A stretch of 63,398 bases of DNA, counting the filler, from Octopus bimaculoides (Eukaryota): assembly GCF_001194135.2 (NCBI RefSeq). It is 6 parts of 5 records of this genome, joined end to end, with 100 filler letters (N's around TTAATTAATTAA, not from the genome) between each part and the next. Parts side by side here need not be neighbours in the genome. Positions count along the whole stretch, not along the records: positions 12,117 to 25,303 come from NC_068986.1; positions 25,404 to 42,736 come from NC_069005.1; 4 more parts are not named here. One strand, given 5' to 3'. Made by a program: the position numbers and the translations under genes. The notes below the pieces were generated by a model. The model worked only from the letters and a program-made list of their open reading frames with translations. It was not told where the DNA came from and made no database searches. Of this stretch, positions 14,016 to 26,888 are shown in pieces. How positions within the stretch are numbered: position 1 is the first letter of the stretch; every line of letters begins with the position of its first letter.

Positions 14016-14515
14016 CTGAGCTCTAGTTTTTATATTAGCTGTTGTACCAGTAACAGAATATTAATCGATCGTTACCCTGAATTTTAAATTTACCGAGTAT
14101 CCAAAATACTCCAATAAACAAGTAACATGAAATAATCTATGGAAAAATTCTTACAATTCAAATTTAATTGGATGACGGACAATAGTTAAAAACTGTTCTA
14201 GATAATTACGAATTCATTGTTGTACGTCCATTATGTAACGTATTTCTCTAATACAAATACAGGCGCGACTGTGGTAAGACGTTTGTTTCCCACGACATTG
14301 TCCCAGGTTCAGTCACACTGCGTGGCACCTTAGGTACACGGTAGGTTAAAGAATCCGGCCGTACATAGATAGATAGATACATACCTACTTGCATACATAC
14401 ATACATACATACACACATAAAATACCCTGTTATTGATGATGAAATTCCAATGAAAGAGCCTTGGATCTAGGTGAGAAACCGACTGTTTCCTCTATTGGGA
14501 GGAAATCTGAACAAT

Positions 14516-14558
<43 letters not shown>

Positions 14559-14639
14559 GCATATCTATACAGGATGCGTAAGATATCTGAGGACAGATTT
14601 ATGCTTATAAAAAAGATAATAACAGACAATAACATTACT

Positions 14640-15510
14640 TATCACAAAATGCTATACATGTTCGAATCGTGTGGTCCTCGTTCATTTTGGACATTATTCT
14701 GACTGTGGCATAGAATCTTTGGTGTTATGAGCGTTTTCATTGGCCTCTCTCAACATCGCTGCACATGTAATAGTTCTATGGATTGAGATCTGAGAAATCA
14801 GGAGGCCAAATGCTAGGGGTTATGTGATCATCAACATATCCAGCCATCTATCCCAGTATTACCTCAATGTAGGCGGTAGAGTTAATTCTAAGCCCTTATG
14901 GAAAGAATTAAGGAGGCATTACATGTCCTTCATTGCTGAAAACCCCTAAAACCATGCCAGTCGCAGGTAATTTTATTTGTATAACACTTGGAACTTCAGA
15001 AGGGTTTGCACATAGCTATCTGTCATTTTTTCTGTTAAATCATTTCTCGATTGAGAAGGACCAAATGAAATCTCCTTCTGGATTTCTCAGCTTAAGAACT
15101 TTGTAGATCTGATGTAGTCATTTTCTTTTGCTTTTTCTGATAAACTGAATTTTCTTCATCATATAAGTCTTATATCTGATGTCTTCATGGACATTTCTAA
15201 CTGTTCTTTCTGACACATGGAGATATTTTGCAATTGACCTCATGGACTTTCTGGAATTGTAAGCAATGATCTGGACAAATTCAGGTGTTCTGATGATTTT
15301 AGAGCATTTAGAAAGCGATGTGTATGCTTTGACACTGGTGATACGTTTCCATATTCAGTCTGTAGCTCCTTAAAAACTTTGTAGACGAAAGACCTTTTAA
15401 AAATCGAGTTATTTCTAAATTGCTATGCTCAGCATTTATAACCACAATAGCAGCATACCTCTTCATGTCTTGAGTAAGCTGAAACAGAGATTATACAGAA
15501 TTAGCAAAAA
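14640..15510 (-). mobile_element. Dead IS630-Tc1-mariner transposase (DD37D/maT-like)
   Basis: Minus-strand motifs: DMKRYAAIVVINAEHSNLEITRFL, FIWSFSIEK (FSDEK-like), GMVLGVFSNEGHVMPP*FFP*GLRIN, DHITPSIWPPDFSDLNP*NYYMC. Many stops and frameshifts. Confidence 0.7.
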
Positions 15511-15840
15511 ATGCAGCAATGGCCCCAAAATGTATATATATATATATATATATNNNNNNNNNNNNNNNNNNNNNNNNNNNNNNNNNNNNNNNNNNNNNNN
15601 NNNNNNNNNNNNNNNNNNNNNNNNNNNNNNNNNNNNNNNNNNNNNNNNNNNNNNNNNNNNNNNNNNNNNNNNNNNNNNNNNNNNNNNNNNNNNNNNNNNN
15701 NNNNNNNNNNNNNNNNNNNNNNNNNNNNNNNNNNNNNNNNNNNNNNNNNNNNNNNNNNNNNNNNNNNNNNNNNNNNNNNNNNNNNNNNNNNNNNNNNNNN
15801 NNNNNNNNNNNNNNNNNAATCGATTTGTCCCCTCCCCCCA

Positions 15841-15924
<84 letters not shown>

Positions 15925-17036
15925 CATTATTATTATTATTACTACTACTACTACTACTAATAGTAGTAGTAGTAGTAGTAGTAATAGTAGTATTGTATTT
16001 GTTATCATCATCATCATCATCATTAACATCACCATCATCATTGCTGTTGTTATTATTTATTTAGTTATCTTTATTTGCATATATCTATACATAATACACT
16101 TATACGGGCACAAGCACTCCAGTAAGAAATTAGATGTCATTATACCTATCCAATTTACCATAATTCTCTACAGTTCCTTCGTTCTCAATACGCAGTAGCT
16201 ATTCTAAATGTGGCTCTTGGGATGATCAATATGAACTCCAGACAGTAACTTCCTGCTTCTACTAACTAACCTCTTCAATTCACCAAAGTTTTAATACATT
16301 ACCTTCTAGCTATAATGTATTTCTGGGCTAGCTGTTGTATTGAGACCTATTATATTATTTCCGACATTATGATCAGTCTTATATATTAATCTAACTCCTT
16401 CCTGTGTTCGTTATTTTACCGTTTCTTATCTTCATCATGCGTGTATTTTGCAATTGAATATTTAGTTCTGAAGCTGTGTTGTTTTTCTCAATCTTCGATC
16501 TTCTAAGCTCATGTCCAGCTAAATATTTTATTCAAAACTCTTCAGGGCAAGCAAATCGTACAGAAAATGCTGGCTCCCAGATGAAATGTCTACAAATGTT
16601 TATATACGTTTCCTTTCATTTGGAGTTCGCTTCCCAAGGGCGTTCACAATTTCTTTTATACTTTACTATTACTAATAATGGTGTCAATACTAATATTAGG
16701 TGATGGTGGTGATTGTGATGGTGACGGTTCAGGACGATTAGAAGTAAGATAAAGATTTCCTATCCAGAACCAACCTTTCCTTTCAAATTGCTTATCTCCG
16801 AATACATTAGCAAATAGGCATTCCGCTCATGATTTTAACGATTATGCTGCTTGAAAGTAAATAGCCTGATATTTTTGTGGACAAGCTACTGAATGTATAT
16901 CTATCCTTCATTCTTAACCAATCTTCGGAACTGAATTTAGTCCAGAAATACGAATTGCATAGAAACGAAGTCTCCTATCGGTTCTACATCAAATGGTTAG
17001 GTTGTTTATTGTTAATACTGCGGAGGAATAACTTAC

Positions 17037-17174
17037 CATTGATCAAACATGTACACGACCAGGCCCATTCTACTTGTGATCCTCCTCATTATATGTTGGA
17101 CAGCATTACTCAAGATCTCTATCCTTTCTTTCCAATAATACGGTGAGATTTCATTTGTTGTCACAAATCCAAGA
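17037..17174 (-). CDS. Candidate orphan internal exon (138 nt, phase 2-2), product unknown
   Basis: atatctAG|T CTT GGA...CAA TG|GTAAGT with a consensus donor. Only one frame is open: LGFVTTNEISPYYWKERIEILSNAVQHIMRRITSRMGLVVYMFDQ. The acceptor is weak. Confidence 0.3.
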
Positions 17175-17319
17175 CTAGATATAAATTGATCAGTTTACAC
17201 GAGGCTATGCTGATGCTGATAATAACTGAGAACTAATTACAATTTGGAAATTGATGAACATAAACATTCGCTTATATTTTGAGGAATGCAAAATATACAA
17301 ATTTAAGATTGGTTTTAAA

Positions 17320-17525
17320 TTTTGACACAAAGACGGCAATTTCGGGGAAGGAACCAAGTCAATTACACCAATCCCGGTGTTCCACTGGTACTTATTTTAT
17401 CGATCCCGAAAGGCTAAAAGGCAAAGTCGAGCTTGGTGGAATTTGAACTCAGAACATACAGACGGAGGTAGTAATACAGCCAAGCATCTTGCTTGGTGTG
17501 CTAACCATTTCTGCCAGCGAGTTAC
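17320..17525 (-). mobile_element. SINE family B
   Basis: ccactggtacttattttatcgatcccgaaaggctaaaaggcaaagtcgagcttggtggaatttgaactcagaac core. Confidence 0.75.
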
Positions 17526-17689
17526 CTTATATAGAAATACAATATTCAAGGCAGAATAGAGATACCGACAAATAATACGTTAAAAAAAAGGATTATAAAG
17601 CATGTCCTTCATTTTATTCAGACTGTAATGGCATCATGCTGTTTATATACAATTTTGAGGAAGTGAAATGGTCAATTTAATGCTCCCTT

Positions 17690-18140
17690 ACAGCAGAATG
17701 ACCATGCAATAGAATAATCTAACACCACTGAATGTATTTTGGCATAGTGGTAAAGTATACCACAATAGAATATGTATTCGAATGACGATGTGACAGAATA
17801 ATTATGCGTTGGAATAACATTGTAGTAGAATAATCAAATAGTTGCATGAGTATGTAATGGAATAAGAAGGCCAGAATGGAATAAATATTTATTAAAATAA
17901 CAATACATTAGAATAACTCTGGCGTAGAAGAATTACTTTTGCTACCGCAGTGTAAGTGCGTTGCAGTAGAATCTTTATATAGGAGCAACACGATGTATTA
18001 GCCGAACTATTGTCGCTACAGAAGAAGGACTCTGTATCGCTGAAAGAATTATAGTACTTTAGAATAACTATAACAATGTAGAATAGTTATATAGTTGAAT
18101 TACTATGTATCAGAATAACTATTTTTGGTACAGCAGAATG
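17690..18140. repeat. Highly degenerate minisatellite, period about 16-17 bp
   Basis: About 20 recurrences of (a/g)gaat(a/g) at spacings near 16-18 bp or multiples of it. Bounded by cagcagaatg at both ends. Confidence 0.45.
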
Positions 18141-18226
18141 TCTGTGCGTGGAGAAAATATTGACTCGGTTCAATTAACAATGCACTTTATTTCAAGCATC
18201 TCTCATAAAATGAATACCTGAATTTC

Positions 18227-18600
18227 GGCGTGGCTGTGTGGTAAGAAGCTTGCTAACCACCCACATAGTTCCGGTATCAGTCCAACTGCGTGGCACCTTG
18301 TGCAAGTGTTTTTTGTTTTTTTTTACTATAGCACCGTGCCGACAAAAAATCTTGTGACTGGATTTGGTAGACAGAAACTGAATAAGCCCGCCGTATATAT
18401 GTGTGTCTGTGTTTGTCCCCCCACCATCACTTGACAACCGATGCTGGTGTGTTTGCGTCCCCGTAAGTTAGCAGTTCAGAAAAAGTGACCGATAGCATAG
18501 GTACTATGCTTACAATGAACAAGTCCTGTGGTCGATTTTTCAACTAAAGGTGGTGCTCCAGCATGGCCGCAGTTAAATGAGTGAGACAAATAAAAGAGTA
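18227..18600 (+). mobile_element. Near full-length SINE family C
   Basis: tRNA-like head ggcgtggctgtgtggtaagaagcttgc, then ggcaccttg(t)gcaagtg, internal (TA)/(TG) tract and 3' ggtgctccagcatggccgcag...aaataaaagagta. Confidence 0.8.
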
Positions 18601-18949
18601 AATGTAACTAATTGAAATGGTTGGCTTTTAAAGGTACGACAGTTTGCGGTTTATACGGTGTAGGATAGAAAGTTCTAATTTCAAAATCTAGTAATCAAGT
18701 GTTTTGTTTTGTTCTGGAGCCGACACTTGAGATGGATTTTCTTTACGTAAAAAGAAAAAAAATCGTTGGCGTTGTAACTAAATTACAAATTGTTATCTAA
18801 TCCATTTATTCATTAAATTTTATTCTAACAAATTTAAATTCACCACTTCTTAAGGTTGTATCGCAGAAAATATAAAGTAATATCATTCTAACTTTCGTAT
18901 GCACTTACATATACACGTGAGTACTTCAATATGTATGTAAGTTTACCTC

Positions 18950-19545
18950 AGGCGAAATGCTTAGCTGTATTACATTTGTCTTTACGTTTTGAGTTCAAAT
19001 TCCGCCGTGGTCGACTTTGCCTTTAATCCTTTTGGAGTCGATAAATTAAGCATCAGTTGCGTACTGGGGTCGATCTAATCGACTGGCCCTCCCCACCAAA
19101 ATTTCGGGCCTTGCGAATAGAGTAGAAAAGAATATATTAAAGGCGGTGAGCTGGCAGAATCGTTAGCACGCCGGGCGAAATGGTTAGTGGTGTTTCGTCC
19201 GTCTTTACGTTCTGATTTCAAATTCCACCGTGGTTGACTTTGCCTTTCATCATTTAGGGGTCGATAAACTAAGTACCAGTTGTGTATTGGGAGCGAGCTA
19301 ATCGACTAGCCTCTCTCCAAAAATTACGGGCTTCGTGTCTTGAGTAGAAAAGAATATGTATGTAAGTGTAAGGCGGTCAGCTGGTAGAATCGTTAGGACG
19401 CCGGGCAAAATGCTTAACGTTATTTCGTTTATCTTTACGTTCTGAGTTCAAATTCCGACGAGGTCGACTTTGCCTGTTATCCTTTCTGGGTCGTTAGATT
19501 AAATACCAGTTGTGCACTGGAGTAGATCTAATGGACTGGCACCCT
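18950..19545 (+). mobile_element. Head-to-tail trimer of SINE family B
   Basis: Units start near 18950 (5' truncated), 19140 (aggcggtgagctggcagaatcg) and 19370 (aggcggtcagctggtagaatcg). Confidence 0.8.
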
Positions 19546-20754
19546 CCCTCCCCACTGGTGACCAGCAGCTGCATTCAAGATTCACACTTACTTTCTTGCA
19601 CATCCTTTCTATTTTATGCAATTCGTTTGTAGTTTCTGTACAAAATGTGTGACTATAGATCCGATTAGTACAGAACATTTTTAGTAATGTTGGCTAGCGA
19701 TAGGCTTGAGATTAATGGTTACAGGGAATCTTCTGTGAAATATTCCTATCATCGAAAATGGACTGGATATTATTTATGTGCCTTCTGTCTTTTTGGGTTT
19801 TTTTTTGGTTTTTTTCTTTCTTCTAGTCATGAGTGAGATGATATATCGTTTGGAATTGTGTAACTCTTCTTTACTAGTGAATATCTCAGAAATCCATAAG
19901 TGTAAGAAAAACAGCAATTTAATAATCAATATATGACAACGCTGAACGTATGTTTTTTTTTTTTCTTCTTCTACATATATAGAGATAGCAATATGGCGCT
20001 ATTTAGAAAATGTAACAGGAAATCTATCTATCTATCTATGTGTATGTATGCATGTATGTATATATGTATGTATGTATGTACATATATATATATATATATA
20101 TATANNNNNNNNNNNNNNNNNNNNNNNNNNNNNNNNNNNNNNNNNNNNNNNNNNNNNNNNNNNNNNNNNNNNNNNNNNNNNNNNNNATATAATGGAGTAG
20201 TTTCGGTGAAGAACTGTGTGATATTACTTTAAAGAGACTTGCTGTGTAAAACCGGATCAATGCAAGAAGATACGAAGTAAGCTAGAAAAAATAGAAATTA
20301 TTAATAGATAAAAAATAAAAATAAAAATAATAAATAAAAGCAGCGAAAAGAAAGTTGTAGGTTTACTACATATTTCTATATTTCGGGGTTATGACCCCTT
20401 CTTCAAAACATATGACAAAGCGAGTATGGAAAAGGTCATCGCTCTGATATGTGGGGAGGAAGAAGGAAGAAGAAAAAAGAAAGAGGAAGATGATGACATG
20501 TGCGAACTGGAGTTGCTATAGTAACCACACGTCTTCATGTAGTTCTTGTTTATGGCTGATCTCCTCTTGTTTATGGCTGGTCTCAATTTGTTGATAAGGC
20601 GGGTCTCTTTAAGGAGCCCCCCCCCCCCGTGATTCTGAGAAACAACGATAGTGAAACATGAACATAATACCGCTGTGCGTTTCGTCCAGCGTGCTAACAA
20701 TTCGTCCAGCTCACCGCCTTAACGAAATTACTCACTTCTACTCTAGTCACATGA

Positions 20755-20945
20755 CCCAAAATTGTTGGGGCTAGGACAAGTCGATTAAATCGAGCCCGTA
20801 CGGAACTGGTATTTAATTTATCGAACCCCGAAAGGATGACAGGCAAAGTCGACCTCGGCGGAATTTGAACTCAGAACATAAAGACAGACGAAATACCACT
20901 AAGCATTTTGCTCGGCGTGCTAACGTTTCTGCCATCTTGCCGTCC
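20755..20945 (-). mobile_element. SINE family B
   Basis: Core aaggatgacaggcaaagtcgacctcggcggaatttgaactcagaac. A separate head fragment lies at 20680-20720. Confidence 0.8.
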
Positions 20946-21360
20946 GGAGGATAATATTAGCAGTGATGTTGTGCTTCAGGCAGCTAAGCTATCATCAGAC
21001 TTTGATTAATTTTGGTTAGTCATGGGTTTATAGTGTCTCTGCTAAATTAAAATTTTCCACAAGCTGAGCTCTGATGAATGATAGTGAGGCTGTTTGCTAG
21101 GATGTGATGACAAGATTTTGTACAAAGATTTCTCTGATTAGATTTGGTTGCGTGCTATTGTTTATAATTTACACATGCAGATTTTTGCAATTCTACCTCA
21201 TTTGATTGCCATGAATATTAAACAAAGTTCATACATGTAGACTATTGCAATAAGGTGTGTATATTTAGGTGTGTCATTATCAAGACACGGAGTTTCAAAT
21301 TCGAACGTAGTTAGGGTGTTGATCAGTAGATGTGTCACTCCGTTTAGATGTCGTCAGTTT

Positions 21361-21770
21361 TATTTATTCTTTTATTCTTTTACGTTTTACTGGTTTCAAC
21401 CATTTGACTGCGGCCATGCTGGAGCACCGCCATTTTGTCGAATAAATCGCCCCTAGGACTTGTTCTTTGTATGCATAGTACTCATACTATCGGTCTCTTT
21501 TTGCCAAATTGCTAAGTTACGGGGACGTAAAAAACACTAACATCGGTTGTCAAGTGATGGTAGGAGAACAAACACAGACACTTCTGCATCATATATATAT
21601 ATATATATATATATACGACGGGTTTCTTTCAGTTTCTGTCTACAAAATTCACTCACAAGCCTTTGGTCGGCCCGAGGCTATAGTAGAAGACACTTGCCCA
21701 AGGTGCTACGCAGTCGGACTGAACATGGAACCATGTGGTTGGGAAGCAAGATTCTTACCACACAAACACG
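21361..21770 (-). mobile_element. Near full-length SINE family C with internal (TA)n
   Basis: Reverse-complement match to the 18227 copy. Internal (TA)n at about 21590-21615. Confidence 0.8.
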
Positions 21771-23191
21771 TCTGGTTACTAGTGGGACATTTAAACTTTT
21801 ATGCTGAGAATGTAGATTTTAAAACTCGGAGTTCAGTCCAGTATTTTAAGTTTTGTATTTAGGCTTGTTCACAAAGAATCTCAGGTTTTAGTTAATGGGT
21901 TTTTGAGGTTTCAGAACAGAAGATAATTTCTAAGCAGGCTGCTATTTCACCAGTTTGTATTGGGAGGTGTTGGTCATCACTGAAGCATGTCATAGTGTTA
22001 TTTGCATAGAAAATTTGTTAATCAAATGTTTTAATTCTTTCAAGATAATTTTCGTGTTTGGAGGATTATTGTTCTCGAAATTACTTGGTGGCTATTTAGA
22101 AATTTTCAAGTTTGTGATTATGGAGGTGGAATCTGTGGTATTTATTTATTTGTTTATTTATTTAATTATTTTACCAATATGCCTTTCATTTGGTTATAAG
22201 CATGTGTATTCTATAACATATCATTTCACTTATTAAGATATGAAGAACATGGGTAATGCAAGGACTGTGTAATTAATTCCAAGCCAGGTTATTCCGCTGT
22301 CCTATTTGTATATATTTAACTGTTTTCTATGTGTGTGTGTGTGTGTGTGTGTGTGCGTGCGCGCGCATTCATTTTAGAAACTGTGGTAAGTCTTAGATAT
22401 CTTCTGCTGGGCTTGTTTTGTGTTGAGGAGGATAACTTCCAAATCACTGTTAATAATATTCTTGTTAAAGAATAGTAAGTTTGTACTCTCCCAAATCTGT
22501 TGAGTGAGTAATCCTTCAAGTTAACATGCATCTGTATTTTATTAGACCATAAGAAACCTTTGTATACACATATGTGTGTTTATTTATGTATAATTAGGTT
22601 TTGCCTTCGTGCTTGTCTCCCTACCCCACAATTTGCTGAAAATGTATTGACTGATTTAGGCCTTCGTAGCCTAACAGATCGACAAAAGACACTATATATT
22701 AGGAAATAAATAGAGTACTCAATTTGGTCGGGAAAACAATTCAAGCAAAAGTTCGAGCTTCACAAAAGGCCAATGACTGAACGAAAAAATGGAAATAGAG
22801 ATTCTAGTGGGTTATATATCAATACCCAATACGTACTTATTAATGGGCAAAACTGTCTGAAATGATACATTCAATATTTTATTTAATTTTATGATTTCTT
22901 AGTTCAATTTCGAACACTAACAGCCAATACATGTTTTTGGACTGGGGTCAATCAAATAGAGTACAGAACGACTAATGTGATCGATATAATCAAAGAACTT
23001 CTAAAACTAACTGTCTGGACTTGGTTCTATGCAAGAAAATATGATTAGTGTAGTTTTGTAAATCATTACTCAAACAAGTATTCAGCTATTTCTCACCTTC
23101 AAACTATTAGCGTCGTAACATGTTTCATAATATATATAGGTGTTTCTGCAAGTGAGTATGCGACTGTGTCATTTATAAATATATTCATATG

Positions 23192-23252
<61 letters not shown>

Positions 23253-24149
23253 NNNNNNNNNNNNNNNNNNNNNNNNNNNNNNNNNNNNNNNNNNNNNNNN
23301 NNNNNNNNNNNNNNNNNNNNNNNNNNNNNNNNNNNNNNNNNNNNNNNNNNNNNNNNNNNNNNNNNNNNNNNNNNNNNNNNNNNNNNNNNNNNNNNNNNNN
23401 NNNNNNNNNNNNNNNNNNNNNNNNNNNNNNNNNNNNNNNNNNNNNNNNNNNNNNNNNNNNNNNNNNNNNNNNNNNNNNNNNNNNNNNNNNNNNNNNNNNN
23501 NNNNNNNNNNNNNNNNNNNNNNNNNNNNNNNNNNNNNNNNNNNNNNNNNNNNNNNNNNNNNNNNNNNNNNNNNNNNNNNNNNNNNNNNNNNNNNNNNNNN
23601 NNNNNNNNNNNNNNNNNNNNNNNNNNNNNNNNNNNNNNNNNNNNNNNNNNNNNNNNNNNNNNNNNNNNNNNNNNNNNNNNNNNNNNNNNNNNNNNNNNNN
23701 NNNNNNNNNNNNNNNNNNNNNNNNNNNNNNNNNNNNNNNNNNNNNNNNNNNNNNNNTATATATATATATATATATATATATATGTGCGTACATATACAAA
23801 TATATCGCTGCTAAAGAAATTTTATTGAAAATTCCAATAATTTTAAATGATATTTATTTCGGTAAAACATTATGAACTACAAAAATTTGTGTTAGTGGCC
23901 AATTAAATTACAAATTGTATATGCATTGCACATTTACACTTTTCTTCCTGTTCGAAATTTTTTGCTGAATTTATAAGCGAGATGTATACGTTGATACGTT
24001 TGATTGAAACTCGAGAGAAATTTTACGTTTATGAAACAGAGACGAACTACTAGACGTGTATAAATTACAGGCGCATAACTCCACACACACATACACATAC
24101 ACAGACACATGCACATATATGTAAAGAGATATGCATGTGTGTGTATGTG

Positions 24150-24205
<56 letters not shown>

Positions 24206-25465
24206 NNNNNNNNNNNNNNNNNNNNNNNNNNNNNNNNNNNNNNNNNNNNNNNNNNNNNNNNNNNNNNNNNNNNNNNNNNNNNNNNNNNNNNNNNNNNNNN
24301 NNNNNNNNNNNNNNNNNNNNNNNNNNNNNNNNNNNNNNNNNNNNNNNNNNNNNNNNNNNNNNNNNNNNNNNNNNNNNNNNNNNNNNNNNNNNNNNNNNNN
24401 NNNNNNNNNNNNNNNNNNNNNNNNNNNNNNNNNNNNNNNNNNNNNNNNNNNNNNNNNNNNNNNNNNNNNNNNNNNNNNNNNNNNNNNNNNNNNNNNNNNN
24501 NNNNNNNNNNNNNNNNNNNNNNNNNNNNNNNNNNNNNNNNNNNNNNNNNNNNNNNNNNNNNNNNNNNNNNNNNNNNNNNNNNNNNNNNNNNNNNNNNNNN
24601 NNNNNNNNNNNNNNNNNNNNNNNNNNNNNNNNNNNNNNNNNNNNNNNGCGTGTGTGTGTGTGTGACTGTGTTTATTGGATACGGAACTTTGTTTAATATT
24701 CATCACAATAAAATGAGGTAGAAGTGCAGACATCTTAGGACATTTTAGCTAATGGCACATTTAGAATATATACGGTGTCTCTGCTGATCACATAGGTGCA
24801 ATTACACGTGTGGGCACACACAGGTATAAAGAGAGACATAGCAGAGGAAGTGATAAATTGAAAAATTATTAATAACCATGGAGTAATTAAATACCTATAT
24901 AGATACATATGTATGTACATATGCGTTTGTGTATGTGCGTGTGTGTGCATGTGTGTGTGTGTATATGTGTGTGTGTTATTTTTCGGCCATTTAACGCTAC
25001 AGTACATATCTTGCTTTTCCTCCTCGCTGGACATTGCCAATGTCCGAAATGTCATTTCTACTTCAATTTTTCCACGAAAATCTTACACTGAACCTCAACA
25101 ATATAATATATTCACTGTGCGCATCTAATTGACTTTTGTTGCATGTCCTATTTTTTTAAAGTTGCTATATATATACATATATATATAGATAGATAGATAA
25201 ATAGATAGATAAATGGATATATAGATAGATACATATATATATATATATATATATATACATATGTATGTGTGTATATATATATGTATATATATATATATAT
25301 ATANNNNNNNNNNNNNNNNNNNNNNNNNNNNNNNNNNNNNNNNNNNNTTAATTAATTAANNNNNNNNNNNNNNNNNNNNNNNNNNNNNNNNNNNNNNNNN
25401 NNNTAGTTTACAGAATCATGTGTGTGAGTGTGGGGGTGTGTATGCTTGTGTTTCCTTGTTTTGAC

Positions 25466-25690
25466 ATCATCATCATCTAATGTCCTCTTTCCATACTGGC
25501 ATGGGTTGGATGGTTTGACAGGAGCTGGCAAGTCAGAAGAATGTACCAAGCCCTACTGTCTGATTTGGCAGGGTTTCTACAGCTGGATGCCCTTCCAAAT
25601 GCAAACCACTCTACAGAGCGTACAGGGTGCTTTTTTTCCTGGTACCAGCAGCAGTGAGGTCACCAAGCGACTTGCAAGACAAGACCCCCC
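25466..25690 (-). mobile_element. Repeat family D with a (GAT)n tail (RTE-type 3' end), CpG-decayed
   Basis: catcatcatctaatgtcc...gcatgggttggatgg...tgatttggcagggtttctacagctggatgcccttcc matches 36420-36758 and 42350-42736. Confidence 0.7.
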
Positions 25691-26629
25691 CCCACCACCC
25701 CGTCAACTGAGGTGGGGTGAGGGGAAGGCAAGGAAATGTTAGGGTATGAATAGATGGGCAGAAAGAGATGTTTTGCAGTAGAAGGAATACATGCCTACAT
25801 CAGTTGGAGAGAGAAGATGGTGAAAATATGATGGTAGGAGGGTTATACTCATGTTAGAGTAAGTTAGAGTAAGGTATGTGTAAGTGAAGTGGAACAAAGG
25901 ATTGCAAAGTGTAAATGGGTGAATAAGTTCACAAGATTGCAAAAGGAGAGCAGGTGTGTGTGTGGGTGTTGACTGAGTAAACCTATAAACCCAAGTGAAG
26001 GTAATGGGTGACAGGATGATATGTTGAGGGAACAGATTCAACAGGTACACATTGTCTGTAGGTAGGTTTGTGAGGGTACAAAGAAAAAGAAATACTGTAA
26101 CTGGTGAACCCAGGAGGAGCGACGAGCAAGGTGTGAAGATGGATTGTGAAGGAAAGGTATATCAGGGACAGATCGTGTCTCTGACACACCTTTCATACTT
26201 GACAGTCTTATCGGTTATGATGCAGCCTTTTGGCTCACTGGATCCAGTCTAACCATCCGATCCATACCAGTATTGAAAATGGATGCTTTATCTTTTAACT
26301 TTTACTTGTTTCAGTCATTAAACTGTGGCCATGCTGGGGCACCACCTTGTAGAATTTTTAGTCAAATGAATCGACCCCAGTACATATTTTTACTTTTTAG
26401 CTTGGTACTTATTCTATCAGTCTCTGGCTATGGAGAAATATTACCTTGCTTGAAAACACGAGGGTTGGCAACAGGAAAAGGATCCAGTCATAGGAAATCC
26501 ACCTCAATAAAATTCATCCAATCCAAGCAAGCATAGAAAAGCAGACTTTAAAATGACGATGATGATGGGAAGAGAGGGAGGTTGGTAGAATCATTAAGGT
26601 GTCAGACAAAATGACTTGTGGTATTTACT

Positions 26630-26888
26630 TCTGCTCCTTTATATACTCTTTACTCTTTTACGTGTTTCAGTCACTTCACTGCGGCCATGCTGGAGCACCG
26701 CCTTTAGTCGAGCAAATCGACCCCAGGACTTATTCTTTGGACGCCTAGTACTTATTCTATCGGTCTCTTTTTGCCGAACCGCTAAGTTACAGGGACGTAA
26801 ACACACCAGCATCGGTTGTCAAGCGATGGTGGGGGGGACAAACACAGACACACAAACACGCACACACACACACACACATATATATATA
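26630..26888 (-). mobile_element. SINE family C, 3' half; the gap starts in its internal microsatellite
   Basis: Near-consensus match with CpGs retained. The sequence breaks into Ns at the (CA)/(TA) tract. Confidence 0.8.
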
